A stretch of DNA of 63,864 nt, counting the filler, from Bigelowiella natans CCMP2755 (Eukaryota > Protista > Cercozoa), in NCBI GenBank assembly GCA_000320545.1. It is 9 parts of 9 records of this genome, joined end to end, with 100 filler letters (N's around TTAATTAATTAA, not from the genome) between each part and the next. Parts side by side here need not be neighbours in the genome. Positions count along the whole stretch, not along the records: positions 40,747 to 49,102 come from ADNK01001244.1; positions 49,203 to 53,636 come from ADNK01001657.1; positions 53,737 to 57,941 come from ADNK01002901.1; 6 more parts are not named here. The stretch is one strand, 5' to 3'. Below, piece after piece: positions 41,181 to 55,260 of this stretch; position 1 is the stretch's first letter; each line of letters begins with the position of its first letter. The notes beneath the pieces are model-generated. The model did not search any database. It was not told where the DNA came from and saw nothing but the letters and a program-made list of their open reading frames with translations. The position numbers and the translations under genes were made by a program.

Positions 41181-44100
41181 ATGACTTACATAGGCCCTCG
41201 ATCTGAAGATAATTCGGATGGGGATGCTGAAAATAACCAACTCTTCGCAAAGGACAAAGATAGTGACAAGAAACCGAAGGCTGATGTCGGTCGAGGCGAT
41301 GATGATGATGATACACATGAGCAACGGTCACAGCCAGAGCTTGAAGATGCGTTGGGTGAAGTGGACGGAGATAGCATAAACCGTTCACTCGATGCCAGGA
41401 AAGATAATTCCTCTCCTGTAAACGAGAAAGATTTGCTCGAGAGGAACACTCAAATTGCGGAAGGGAAAAAAAGTATGCCGAAGCGGCCTAGCACACAAGG
41501 GGGGAGACCGAAACATGTTTCGATCCAGGGCCGTATTGTCAGAATGTTTCGATCGATCTATAGTATGGTTACGACATGTGGGAGAAAATCTCACGAAGGC
41601 CCTCTTCGTTTAACCTTGGTTGATGAGGTAAATAATTGTGGATTTTCATGATAATTTCTTTTTTAATGACATTTATTTCGTGAAATCAAAGAGATAGGTT
41701 TTAATGGAATAAATTTGGCATAATTTTTGAAGATATTTTTTCCTATGGCCAAGATTATCTTGTTCTTGTTTTAAACAAAAATAACTATTGTTTCGTTTTA
41801 GGATGGTTTGTCAAATTGTTACCACGTAAGAGGAGAGCTGCTTCTTACCGACCTTTTACAGTTGCATTGTGGAAAGGTATCGGTTTTGTCAATTTTGATT
41901 GAAATATAGCTACGAATGGGGGAGTATAGGTGGTGTTGATTGAAATTGTAAAATTTACTACAGCAGGAAACATCTGACATGATATTGAGGCAAAGTGGAC
42001 GACGAATAGATACCGGAATTTCTGTTGCTGATGCAGGAATTAGAGACCTGGATGTTCTAGGTGAGAAAAGGAAGAAGAAAAAGAAGAAGAAGAACATAGA
42101 CAAAAAACAACGAAAAACCGCCAACAAATAACTATTATTACCATTTAGGAAGAACATGCCGCCTACATCTAACGCATTTGTTTTAAAACAGATCTGGAAG
42201 CAAATTACCGTAAAATGTTCGTGAAATCCAGACTCGAGGCAGAGGAGAATAACCGACATCTTCGCCAGCAATTAGACCTTACACATAAGGATATTCATAT
42301 GCAACAAGGCAGGCTCACACAGTTTGAGCGGCAAATGAACCTTCATGCGCGCTGTGCTAAGTCAAATGAGCAGCAAGCACGGGAATATCAGACGAGGTTG
42401 AAGAGGCTCACATCGGATATTGCTGTGCTGCAGAAGATGTCGGTTACACAGAATCGGACGCAAAAACTCCTTGACCGTGCCGCTGAGAATCTTAGACTTC
42501 GGTTGGAAGAAACATGCAGCAAGACAGTTAATAAGACCAAGGATTCTGTTTGGATACAAAACCTTTTAGGAGTAGCGAACTCTGAACTTAAGGTAACATT
42601 TATTTATTTATTCATTATTTTTTTTTTACATGTATTTATACACTTAATTAAAACTTTTATTTGTTGTGAAGCCCCACGTTAAGTTGATTGTTTTTCAAAT
42701 ATTTTGCAATCTGTTTCATCGATTACAGAATCTGTACGTTCGATTGTCACGGGCTGAGCAACGAGTAGAGGAGCTCGAGAAAAAGGGGTCGGACAAACAT
42801 CATAATGATGAAGAATAACGCAATGATGTACCACTGTTTGGTTTCGTCTCAACTAGATTTTTGGAGCTAACTTGACAATAATACTGATTTTCACCACGAA
42901 ACAACTAGAACTAATATTGTTTTCAATCAGGAGTTCGGCTTCCATTGTGCAGGACCTCGAGGATAGAGTTGAAGAATTGGAGAAGAGGTTGTGTTATGTA
43001 CTACCTCAACTGCCAGTGTATTTATTCAACAACCCCCCCCCAAGCCACCACCGTGGAAGTAGTATCGTCGTCACTGAATCCCCCCCCACGATGGTAACAG
43101 CTTTAGACTGGCTATTCATGCGTCGTTCTCCCTCCTTTTCTTTTTACCAAACAGAATAAAAATCCGTGAAGCCGAAGTCGCAGAGTGGAAAGAGAAGTGG
43201 GAAGCATCCAGTAGACAAGCGAAGGCTGCCCTGAAAGCTGTTAAAGCTGGAAAGAGGGCAAAGGTACTACAGCAGCAGCAATTTTTATTTAACAATTATC
43301 CGAAAATCAGATAGATATATAACGGAAACACGTTGATTTGTGCCCTGAATGGATGTGACACCTTTCATTTAAATCACACAGAAACTTGAGGAAGAACAGC
43401 AAAAGGTTGAGAGCAATCGCCAAAAAGACAAGTTTTTGAGCGAGGTGAATGCTTTGAAACAAAAACTTGAGAGTCAACGACGGGCGTCGGAAGAGCAATG
43501 GAAACGGCTCAAGGAAGCCAAGGTGCAGGTCGACAAACTTAAGCGCAAACTCGCTGCTCAAGAAGAATTGAAAAAGTCTATGGAACGGGAGAGAGACAAG
43601 AATCATAAAGGTAAAAATAGTAGCATCCACATATATAAATTCTACATTGATACAAACACCCACATGCATGTGTTTATAAATATTTATTAGTATATAATAT
43701 TTATATTTTTATTGTTAGTGCTAATATTTTCGGAATCATCATAAACCAATAAACGTTCTTCCCTGCGATGATTCTTCGTCAAAATCAATCATTTTGCTCC
43801 TCTACTGAACGACGAGAGGATAAGAAATAACCTCTGATGATGATGACTTGTGCATATTGCACAGAAATGAACGAGACGTGCTTAGAGTGGAAAACAAAGG
43901 CGAAGAGTACCACCCGTTCCCTCTCTGAGAGTCGCTCGGCTCTCCAACAAGCAAACAAGCGCAACAAGGACCTTCAAAAATGGAAGAAAGAGGTAATAAC
44001 ATGCAATTTTTCTTTGCTGCATGCAGCACGAAATAATCGCTTCTCTCATCATACGTCCATCACCATCACCATCATCATCATCACCATCATTATTATTTTA

Positions 44101-45088
44101 CGGCCATCATCAGGTTGAGGATGGGGTGATTCCAAACCTGAAACGACGTGTTGAAGAGCTGCAGAAAGAGGTGGAGTCGTGGCAGAGCCAGGCTCACATG
44201 TATTCCGAGGAACTTAAAGAAGCTCTCGCAGCGACTGCTCAAGCCAGGGAAGCAGCGGCGGTTGCAGAGGCTGCTGCTGCTGCTGCCAACAAGATGAGCA
44301 ATGTAGCAGCAGCAGTACCAGGCTCCTCACACTCACAGAAGAAAGGGGGTATAGTAGTAGTTCCATCCGTGGCTTCTGCAAGTAGTTCCAAAAACATCGG
44401 GGGAGGGTCAAGCTCTGGGTGGGGAGTACCACAGTCTTCGTTACCAACCCCACTTGGAGTAGGAGGAGTAGGAGGAGGAGGAGGAGGAGGGGGGGGGGGA
44501 GGAACATCATCATCAGATGGTGGTATTGGTCTACCTGCTGCTGTACGGCGGCCCATTGGGTCAAACTTGCCATGGGGCTCCTCTTCTACTACGACCACTC
44601 ATCACGACAACACCAGTTCTGCATCATCATCTCGAAGAGGATTTGTCACGTCCTGGGGGGCTATCCCTCAAACACCCCTTCATAACAATGGCGGGAGGTG
44701 GGGTTCTTTCGAGAACGATGGTACCAGTAGCAAAAAGCCGAATAATGGGAATGGAAATAGTACTTCGTTAGTAGGCAAATCTGATGAGATAATACCCAAC
44801 GGAACACTCAAGCCGAAGGCCAAATCTGCATCATCTAACGCATGGTCTCTGTCAGACAGCTCTCCTTCCTTTGTGCCCAAGGACTTTAAAGATTCAGGAG
44901 GAGGAGGAGGAGGAGGAGCAGGAGGAGTGATCATGAGCGGAAATAGGGATCGAGGCAACCTTCTGCACTCGAACGCAACTGCTTCTTCGGGAAAGAGTAT
45001 GTTCGGAAAACTGGGGCTTGCTCGCAGCAAACCCTTGGTCATCGTCGATGACAGCAACAGCACGCACTCACCACATACGAAATCTTAA
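41181..45088 (+). CDS. Ubiquitin/SUMO-like domain, long coiled coil and G/S-rich disordered tail; about 10 exons, start uncertain
   Basis: LRLTLVDE|DGLSNCYHVRGELLLTDLLQLHCGK|ETSDMILRQSGRRIDTGISVADAGIRDLDVL, heptad-rich exons from 42192 to 44260, terminal exon to 45088. Confidence 0.7.
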
Positions 45089-45954
45089 ATTTGTAATGGG
45101 GACAGTGTTTATCTCAAATGGGGTAAGGATGTGAAATTGTGTTGGGATTGAATGTAGTAAATGCAGCAAACTCGATTCAGTCTGTTACGAATGCCGGCAA
45201 GCATCGTCTCAATTCCATGTAAGCGTAAATCGCACAGAAATTTCTCGATTACTTTGTGGATTAAATTATTTCACCTGATGAATAATTATCATCTTGGTAC
45301 TCTCATCATCATATTGCTTCTCCAGCAGCTCTAGTCTCTGGAGTTTGTTGCAAACATGTTTAGGCTGTTCACATGTCTAGATGTGTGTCATAGACACACC
45401 GCTATACAGCACCGCTTTGTGCTGCACAACAAACATGACGGCTTAGACCACTGCGTGCGTGCTCACTCCTATATACGCTATAGGAAATGCATGTTATTTA
45501 CGGAGCGCGTATTATAGACAGTACTCGTCTATTATATGCGTAGAGTATATCGTTGTTTCCTCCCATCGCTTGATTGCGTGCGCTGACATGTACAGAAGCA
45601 ATGCTATATGCAAACGCTCTAGCTACAGTCTAGCCTGCTGCGATATGCTACGCGATCGATGCGAGGCTGCTGCATCATATGCTCACATCATGGAGTAGTA
45701 TCCAAAAAATTGTATGCAGCTCATCGTCTTCGACTGAAATGAAATGCGGGTTATTATATATATGCATGGGCAAACGCTCGAGCCTTTTAGCTCGGGCTCA
45801 CAAGGCTGTGCGAGGAATGATGAAGGTGGATTCAAGAAATCAATTGAGAAAGCATTAACACGGCGGACATGCACGCATTCTAGTGTTGAAACGAATGATG
45901 CACACAAAATGCATGTAAGCTGTTGAAGGCGAGAACCGAGATCATCGTGACTAA

Positions 45955-47728
45955 TTACCTTTCTCGGCCTCGACGTCGCTTACTCCTGCTACTCCCTCTC
46001 TCACCAGAATCAGAACGTTTTCGTGATCTTTCTCGAGTGGAGCTTTGATTTCTCCGATCTCGATGCGAGGGTTTCTCTTTAGGTGCCACATCATTTCTGC
46101 GTCCAGACCTAGAACCTTCATTTTCTTTGACTTTGTTCTCTCTGTTTCTTTTCATTGAATCCGGTGGCTCGTTTTGGTAGCGACCACTGCTATCTCGGCC
46201 TGATCCGCTATGGTCATCCCTGCCATAGCGATCTTCTCTGTGCTCCTCTCGCCTTTGATCCCTACCGGGGACTTGCCCACGTCCTTCCCGCTCGCGTCCG
46301 TCCCAGCGCCCTTCCCCATGTGCCCCCCTTCCTCTCGAAAGGCCCACACGCTCTTCCCCACTGCCCCCCCCCTCGCCATATCTATCTCCATATCTATCAT
46401 TGTATTGCCTATATCCTCCCCTATGGCCGCCGCCACGTCTTCCATTGTTATTGTTGTCATAACCATAGGATCTCTGATCATTCCCATGCTGCCAGTATTC
46501 ATCTCCTCGACCCCCGCGCCCTTGCCTCCACTCTCGGTTATTATTATATCCATGGTGCCCCCCCCACCCCCATTGTTCTCTGCCACGGTCCCATCCATAC
46601 CCCCCTCCCCTTTCTCCAAAATGAGGTGGAGGCGGTCCCCAAAATTCTCCAGGCGGATGACGAAAATCGCCACCTAATTGAAAGGGAAAACTTACATAAA
46701 CGGACCTCCTCCTCAAAATATCTTGCAGATACGAAATTTTCTTCATCATTGGTGTGTCTACGTAACAATCTTTCTATTGTGAAATCGAAAGTAGATCTTA
46801 CCGTTATGTGGTTGATGGTACATCTCTTGCATGTGTGCCCTCTTCTGATCCCTCATAGCCTAGCAGTTAATGATATGATAAAAACCTTCAGCATCTAACA
46901 AATTAAACAATAATTACCCGGTTGTTTTTCATTTTCGCGGTCTTGGTTCTGTTACACGAATAAAATTCAATTTAATCTCAATATACTAGGAGTGTAGAGA
47001 ATATATATACCTGTCTATTTGTTTCATACGCAATTCGGTAGCAAAGTCAATCCTACAATTTTTCCCATGTATCTCCTTTCCATCCAGCGCCTCTTTAACT
47101 TTGCGCAGACATCTTGGATCTTGGAATTCGACGTAGACGTACCTTTGTGTATTATTACGTGGCATATCCAGCAACAACACATCATCACATTTTTGTTTTG
47201 TCCAAAGAGCACATAGTTCCCAGCACCAAACAGTACCCTTTTGATTTTCCATTCTTCTTGTCCGTGTACATCTTCAAGGTCATAAGCTTTCCAAATTTCT
47301 ACATAGAAAGAATTTTGGTAGTAGAATTTCAGTATTGGGTATTCTGAGGACATGTCGATGGTGATCACAACTATTCTCCTTCTAGAACATCACCGAGAGA
47401 ATGTCTTCGAGATTCTTGTCTGAAACCCACCAGCCAAGGTCAGAAATACACAATCCAGGTTGCGGTTGTCCCCCTCTTACTCCACCTTCATTTCGAGGAG
47501 CTACTTGTGGCGCTATGTCGAGATCTTAGATTTACATACATCGTAGATAGCTGTCAGTTTCATCATCTCTATATGATGATGAGGGGATATCAGACACTAA
47601 GAACTACTCGGAATTTTTTTCCCCCCAGTCTCCTGCGCACCGCCTTGGTTCCTCTGTTCCCAATCGTCCGAATTACTTCCCTTATTCTGATAAAATGGGT
47701 GAATTCAGACAAGATGGCCAACAACACG

Positions 47729-47763
<35 letters not shown>

Positions 47764-47934
47764 TTGTATCAAATCAGATGGAGGAAGAACACTTTTTACC
47801 GCTCATCCCAAATTGTGAAAAAACTCGCACACCACCAACCACAGGCAAAGTTTTACTTGTTGAATATTAGCCTTCAGCTGGTTGATGCTATCTGCACCGA
47901 CATCATCATAAAGATCATCTCCATCGTCCCCCAT
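45955..47934 (-). CDS. CPSF6/CPSF7 (cleavage factor Im large subunit)-like RRM protein with an RG/RS/RD tail
   Basis: MGDDGDDLYDDVG; ISDLGWWVSDKNLEDILS (CFIm68 has IGNLTWWTTD); YVYVEFQDP...LDGKEIHGKNCRIDFAT; R/D/S-rich last exon. Confidence 0.82.
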
Positions 47935-47952
47935 CTGGGTCACACCTGGAAG

Positions 47953-48020
<68 letters not shown>

Positions 48021-48144
48021 TTGAGATAATGGACAAAGCAGAAGTCCATTGGATATCTGCTCAGCAACAGTCTTGTTTCGCACCCTACCTCTCGTGGGTT
48101 GGTTGCCGCTGCGGTTTGTGCGGAGGGAGGGAGGACAACGACGG

Positions 48145-48330
48145 GCTGTTGGCTGTTGTTCTTGATTTAGACAAATAAGTAATGGAAGTATTCCGTATAT
48201 TACGATCATCCCAATACAGAGTAGATAAAACACAACATCGTGCTGTTGGTTGTTGTTGTTGATTTAGACAAATAAGTAATCAAAGTATTCGGTATGTTAT
48301 TATTTTCCTGATAAAGAGAGGATAAAGCAC
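48145..48330. repeat. Diverged ~95-bp tandem duplication
   Basis: gctgttggYtgttgttSttgatttagacaaataagtaat...agtattc...gataaa occurs twice. Confidence 0.75.
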
Positions 48331-48551
48331 AGAGGAGCAGGTGAGAGCAGTAGAATACCTTGTCGTAGGCATCAAATCCCAATGTATTTCCAGGATTTCA
48401 CTTATATTTTAAATAATAGTACTCCTAGAAAATATGATCAAGATTCACTAAAGTCGACTCCTCTCTCACACCAACGCTCAATTAACCAAACGCAACACGC
48501 GGGAGGGAGACCGCAGCATTGGCCATGCTGCCCCTTATTAGCTTAGAGACA

Positions 48552-48995
48552 ATGGGGCACTGCCACGTCAAGTCGGTGTTAGGAATAACATATTTGACGG
48601 TCATTGTGGCGATTGTTTTGGGTGCTTATGAGCCACTGTGGAAGCATCAGATTCTGGTACAAGTGTGATTCAAATCCGACGTCATTCCTACCCTTATCGA
48701 TGTTTGTCCACCTTCTATATTTCAAGACTAGAGAAGGCGGACAATGTGAAAGCAGCAGCATGCTCCAGGATGGCACATTTGGCGCCATAAACTCCACAGG
48801 ATGCTTCGTAGATCATGTGACAGACAAGGTCTTTCTATCGAGCAGCCTACTCATCCCAATTTTCCAATCGTAGCTTTCGATGTAGTTATGTTCTTACGAT
48901 CCTGAGGTTGACACATATATACATCAGGTTTATGCGGCGCACAATTTTAGCAGTGTCTGGCAGAATTCTCTGGAGTTCAATAATCCCCTGAGCTT
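48552..48995 (+). CDS. 5' exons of an unknown secreted or membrane protein, cut by the gap
   Basis: MGHCHVKSVLGITYLTVIVAIVLGAYEPLWKHQIL|TREGGQCESSSMLQDGTFGAINSTGCFVDHVTDK with in-frame GT-AG splicing. Confidence 0.55.
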
Positions 48996-49015
48996 GTATG
49001 TTTATTCAAAATAAT

Positions 49016-49081
<66 letters not shown>

Positions 49082-49202
49082 CACATATATATATATATAT
49101 ATNNNNNNNNNNNNNNNNNNNNNNNNNNNNNNNNNNNNNNNNNNNNTTAATTAATTAANNNNNNNNNNNNNNNNNNNNNNNNNNNNNNNNNNNNNNNNNN
49201 NN

Positions 49203-49617
49203 TGCCAGCGACATAATTGTGAAACCTGAGGACCATCACCAGCAGCAAATGAGAAAGGTGCAGGAGAGAATAATAATAATAATAATAATGATAATACAGA
49301 GGTTTGCATTCAGAACAAGGGTGGGAGGATGTGGGGGGGAGCGATGGTTTCATGTTCATCATTATCTCCTCCTCCTTCTTTTTCTATTTCTTATTCCGAA
49401 CCCATGACAGCGCCAGCGTTCAGTGCGAGATTGAATCCTGCAGACCAGCAGCAGCAGCAGAACGCACAGTGCGCGAGAACAAGATTTAACGAATTGGAAG
49501 AAGAAGAGGTAGAAGAGGAAGAGGAAGAAGAAGCTGACGAGCTGCAATGGAGGAGCGCGGAGGGGAAAACGTAGGAGAGCGAGAGAGAGCGAGAGAGAGA
49601 GAGAGAGAGAGCGAGAG

Positions 49618-49662
<45 letters not shown>

Positions 49663-50013
49663 AGATGTAGATGCAAAGAGAATTTCTCAGGGGCCGGAGT
49701 GCTCAAGATGGAGACCTGAAGCCAAGGTGCTGTAGCACTTGAGTGCCACTCGAGAGTTAGCAAAGACAGCAATGGCCATGCCTACACATTTACGGGGGGG
49801 GGAGTGGGGACGGGTGATATCGCTTAACAACAAATAGCACCAACGCGATGGGTGGGGGGTGTGGGGGTTTTTGATTGCCCAATTCATAACTCATCGTCAT
49901 CAACGATCACTGTCATCGTCATCGTCATCATCATCGTCATCGTCGTCGTCATTGCGCGCACACTTACCAACCCAACCAGCAAGCATGGAGGTTCCGGTTC
50001 CGAGCAAGTACGC

Positions 50014-50053
<40 letters not shown>

Positions 50054-51492
50054 AGAGAGCAGAGAGCAGAGAGCAGAGAGCAGAGCACAGAACACAGAGC
50101 AGAGCACATCATTCAGACACCCGTTTGATTTACCACTACTCCTTATGCCGCAGAGGGGGGTTATGAAGTGAGGAAGCAGAGTTTGGGGGGGCGGGGGGAG
50201 AGAAGCGAGAGAAATAAACGTACACATCGTGAGAACAGCCCTCTCCGCAGAAGTCAGATAGGCCAAGGCAGATCCAGCGAGGCCAGCGAAAAGCTGCGAT
50301 CGACCATACAGAAGAAGAAATTCGACATAGATGGAAGTGTGGGGGTGGTGGTACAGTGTAGTTCGAGGGCAGCGGTTTTGTTTTGACACATTTCCACGCA
50401 AATTCGAGTATTAGGTTATTATGGAATCAATAAGCGCGTGATCTTCAACAGGTAAGTGCGAACACCTCCCTGCTCCCCAGGCCCCACGCCCTCCCGCCCC
50501 CAAACCAAAAACAACATCATTCTGGGTTGAGCGGTTCCATCACGAGTGCTTACCACAGCAAAGATGGCAATGCAGATGTACTCGTACTTGAGGAAGCCCA
50601 TGGCTCCGTTTTGAATCAGGCCTGCGAAAGAGACAGTGGGTTATGCGATGTAGAAGACTCTACACGCTTGCATTGGTATACACCATGATCTGAGGGTTAC
50701 TACACACGTATTCACCCACCGATTTCACCTATTTCACGATTCTTCTTTTTCGGCGTGTTATCGACTGCTTCCCACTATCTATCGTACATGAGTATTTGAT
50801 GAGGCGCATATTGATCTCATTCACGTTGGCGCCATTTGCCTCCGCAGACATCGGCATCTTTGAACGTCCCCATTTTGTTTTCGGGGGAGAAATTGAAGAA
50901 ATTGGGTGCAAACAGGGCGGAGAGGTAATCAAGGCAGAGGAGGGGGCGGGAGAAAAATAACATGTGTAAACTTTAAATCCATTCCAATTACTTAGGCAGT
51001 AATTAACCGTGCTTGACAATCAAAAGAATGACATCATCAATGAAATTATAAGGAGGCAGCCACGCCATCTATTGCTAGTCAGGGGGGATTAATGCGTTTG
51101 TTGAAAGAGTATCTTACCGACTTATCGCCTTCGTTTCCTTTCGCAACCTGGTTTGGTGCTTGAGCAGTAACCCAAGCACAATATCCAGTGTACAAAAATC
51201 CCATGACACATGCCACAGCCAACACGAGTGCCGGATTCACAGAAGCAGCCTGATTTCATTTAGGTATCTTAGTTCCGGAGGTCGATATCCCGTTAAGTAC
51301 GGTACCCCCCCCCCCCCCCCCCCACGGACCTATATAATCTTTTTTTGAACTGATGGTTTTCGTATGGAAACGAAATTCAATGTGGGGATGTGTGATCTTG
51401 AAAATGACGTTCAGCATAAAAGTTACATCGGCTGTTGTTGTAGCCACCGCGGTCGCTGCACGACCTAACATCGGACCGTTATAGAATTCCAT
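49203..51492 (-). CDS. Membrane H+-translocating pyrophosphatase (V-PPase/HppA family), N-terminal part; the rest is missing at the gap
   Basis: GLIQNGAMGFLKYEYICIAIFAV|LFAGLAGSALAYL...|VAYLLGTGTSMLAGWVG|MAIAVFANSRVA...|GFNLALNAGAVMG|FTIMSLA follows the AVP1 pattern (EGA.SFL..EY; GFLGM.IA..AN.R; F.SGAVMGF). Confidence 0.9.
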
Positions 51493-52806
51493 GGTTCGAA
51501 TCGCCCCTGAGATAAAAACGTTCCAGGACAGTATCAATTACACACTGTTGAAGCGAAGAATTGAAGGTGGGAGTGGGGGGGTGGCGCGTGGTACTACTTG
51601 GGAATTTCTGCGTGGTCTGAACAATTCATTCAGTCTTTTCTTCTGAGAGGAACCCTACTTCATATATCCGTTTTAAGTTACAAAATGAAGAATATTGAAT
51701 ACTTTCTCATTAAATTAACTAAATCTAGCATTGAACGTCTACGTATTAGCCAAGGCCTTATAACTTAATTGGCAGTGGAATTATCAGAGTTAGTCCGGTA
51801 AGAAGAGAAGCCGTATAATTTTATATTTTTTTCTGCGACTTGACATATGCAATCCATCCGTAAAAATTAGCATATTTTCTTGTCATCGTTGCAAAAAGGC
51901 AGCGCCAATGTGGTCAGGGTTCTTCAAGAGTAAAGCAGAGACTCACCAGGATCCCTCGTGAATCTCGAATATCAATGCTCGGATCAGACGTAAAAGATGA
52001 ATTATATCACAGAAAGAAACGAAGTTTTTGGTTATATTTTGAGTCACAGTGGAATGAAAAGAAAAAACACAGATCAAAGTTCCAAATTATTTTCCCAAAT
52101 CATATCCAGTGACTCTTGAATCTTTGAGAGTGGTTCGGGTATTATCCGATTTTTTGTGGGAGCACACTATACGGGTCTTTTCGAGAAATCGTTAACCTCC
52201 TTTCCCCGAATTTCGATAATTATAATTCGGCGAGAGTGTTCGTAGAGAGTCGCACGATCGTCTCTCTCTCAATTCGCCCGGTCAAAACGGATACTGCCCG
52301 AGATTAAAATTATTTTAAGACCAGTGCCACACTTTTAATCATCGAACTTTAGAAATTTGGATTAAAAAAATGGGTTAAAAATAACTTGTAAATGCTAATT
52401 GGGATGAAAAATATCGAAAGAATATGGCATGATGGGGACAGATGCAAGTGAATTGCTTCTTCGCCACAGCTTCGGGTGTTGTCGGGAGCCAAGAATTTGT
52501 GGTCGAAGTTATTCAGATCTTAAATCATAGGTTTCATTTACTTTTTACGAAGACTTCTAGGGGAATATTATCTATTTTCTGTGCTCACGGGACTTTATGA
52601 ATTGCAAAACGCGAGAAGGACTAACGAAGAACGATCTACTAAAATACTTACTTATGCGATAGTACCCGGGATTGAACGGTTTATTTAGAACTCGGAAAGG
52701 TTGACAGGGTTTATGATAAGAGCGACTTCAAAATACAGACTATATTAGTTGAAAATGAAGGTAAATTTCATAATTTGTTCACATTCTGGACAACGATATA
52801 CCTGAA

Positions 52807-53531
52807 ATGGCGACCCGTCGTCCCCACCCCTACACCAGAGGTTGTTCCTTGCATTACTCAGTTCGATTTTAGAGATACTACTCGATAGTAAGGGAAATTT
52901 TGAGTCCTTTCTTTTGGGTTTACATTGATGACGTTAATTGAAGAACAAAGGGAAATGGTGAGAGTAGGCATCGTACTAAAGCAGCTATCCCTTCATCCCG
53001 GTTGGCGTGGAGCCGGAGCTTTAAGCTTCGGTTGCACACTCATCGGCATGATTGACGTGGAAAACGATTCGATCGTTCGTCGAAGATTTTCCCACTAATA
53101 CTTTTACTCGCTTCAAGTCAGCATGCCTCCGAACTTACCGAATAGCTGCGTGAATGTGGTTTTGGAATGGAGATTCTAATTCTAACCTACTCGCTAATAT
53201 CAGTATCTGGCCTAGCAGTATTCTGTGGACTTGCCGCCACGGTTTCGGTTGCACTGGTATCCCTATCACACAGCTCTACATTGTCCCTCAGCGCCCCCAC
53301 GCGAACCGTCAATGTGCCTCCCGCATCACGCTCCAGATCCCGATTAGGTGATGACCCGTTATTATTACTATTTAACCCCTCTTCCCTGTCCACTAATCGC
53401 CGGTTAATCACAACACTCTACAAATTCGAGTATTTACAGCAGACGCTATGCTGCATCGCTTTGAGAATAAACTTTCTGTTCTTAGCTCCAGAGTTCCCCA
53501 CAGTGCCAACTTCATGCCGCCGCCGGCCAGG
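52807..53531 (+). CDS. Possible 5' exons of an unknown gene
   Basis: ATG MATRRPHPYTR followed by a donor site, later coding-like islands SVSGLAVFCGLAAT and ADAMLHRFENKLSVLSSRVPHSANFMPPPA. No consistent model was built. Confidence 0.3.
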
Positions 53532-53736
53532 TCTGAAAGTGCTCTCTTCCACACGCAGGACATCCAACGGGGAGGGCCTTCACGGTAAACATTTGTAGAA
53601 GCGAGAGCGGATGGAAGGGGAAGGGGCGGTTGGGGGNNNNNNNNNNNNNNNNNNNNNNNNNNNNNNNNNNNNNNNNNNNNTTAATTAATTAANNNNNNNN
53701 NNNNNNNNNNNNNNNNNNNNNNNNNNNNNNNNNNNN

Positions 53737-53777
<41 letters not shown>

Positions 53778-53789
53778 GTGTACTTGTGT

Positions 53790-53880
53790 CCCCGCTTGGA
53801 GATCAAGCGGTCAGGGTCGCAAGCAGCAGTTCCTTGATATTTCAAGAAAGACCGTTGTTAGCGCGGGTAGAGAGACGCGT

Positions 53881-53921
<41 letters not shown>

Positions 53922-54124
53922 GATTTATATAGACATATATATGTGAAGCGACTACACTATAAACACCTAGATGCAAACACACGCATGCATACACACAGAG
54001 AGAATCGAGATGGAGAGGGGGGGGGAGAGCGAGGAAGATAGAGGCCATTCGATGCAAGTATTCTTCAGTTTAATACATTTAACGTCAGAAACACGGCACA
54101 GCACATACGATACGTACACATGCA

Positions 54125-54162
<38 letters not shown>

Positions 54163-54721
54163 CATTTATTATAATTTACCCCATTCCACATTGCACGCTC
54201 CTGGGTGTTCGATGGGATTTGGAAAGTTACTAACCCCCCACGAGCACGATGAATGGAAGATGAGGAAACACAGCATCAGCAGCTTCAGCGATATCATAGA
54301 CTGGCACCACCCTTTGGTCTCTACCAGATATTTTGAGTGAGAAATTAGAAAGGGTATAAGGGGGGGGGTGGGGGGGCTGCTAGAGGAGAAGGGAGGGAAA
54401 TAGAATCTAGGAGTATATGCAAATTCGCAACATAAAAACAGATAATAAGACAGTGCGTACCACTTTGAAATCCATGTAGGCGAGGGTGTGTATTCTATGC
54501 TATATAGCGAGCTTCTCCAAATACGCAGCCCCCCAACCCCTCCCCTTAACCCCCTCTCCGCACCTTTCATTGGGGAGAATATGAACGTGTAGGCCAGGAA
54601 CGCCACGAATACGGAAAGCAACTGAGACCCATACGAATAAGAACACAAGAAGCTAAGGACAAAAGAGAAAACAGTTGTAAATAACCTATACGTACATATG
54701 TATACACACACACACACACAC

Positions 54722-54764
<43 letters not shown>

Positions 54765-55260
54765 CGTGTGTGTGTTTGTGTGTGTGGAGAGAGAAAGGAG
54801 CCGGAGATGCGGCCGGGTCAAATGAACCGCTCCACGCATGTGCATATTCCTGCCAAAATTTACAAAGTAGCTCTATAGGAATAATAGCATGCCGCCCCAT
54901 CGTCACCAACGAAGTGCTTTCGGAAAGGCAGAGAATCAGGATGTGTACAGTACCAAAGTCACGTCGTCATTAGAGTCCCAAGGAAACCCCCCACCTCCAG
55001 CATCGCTCGTAGCATCCTCTAGATAGCTGTTTAGGTCATACACGACCGGAGGCTGCCCGGTCTCCATCCTGGGAAAGTCTCCCGACCGCTAGCAAACCGA
55101 GCCCAGCCTTTGCTGATTGAAAAACACACATTTCATCGTCTCTCAGGCGCACAGATCTCCAAGCCCTCGGACTCTATCGTGACAAATGTTAGCACAGCTT
55201 AGCCACCTGCGGATGTATTTATGGGGCTGTGCTGTGTACCTTGCTCTCAGCAGTAGCAGT
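53790..55260 (-). CDS. Unknown probable membrane protein, partial
   Basis: Splice-bounded islands RSGDFPRMETGQPPVVYDLNSYLEDATSDAG, TSLVTMGRHAIIPIELLCKFWQEYAHAWS and YGSQLLSVFVAFLAYTFIFSPMK. Confidence 0.4.

Noticed and set aside
49203-50390. Plus-strand gene suggested by acidic and Q-rich ORFs
   Set aside because: The minus strand gives consecutive H+-PPase motifs with proper splice sites.
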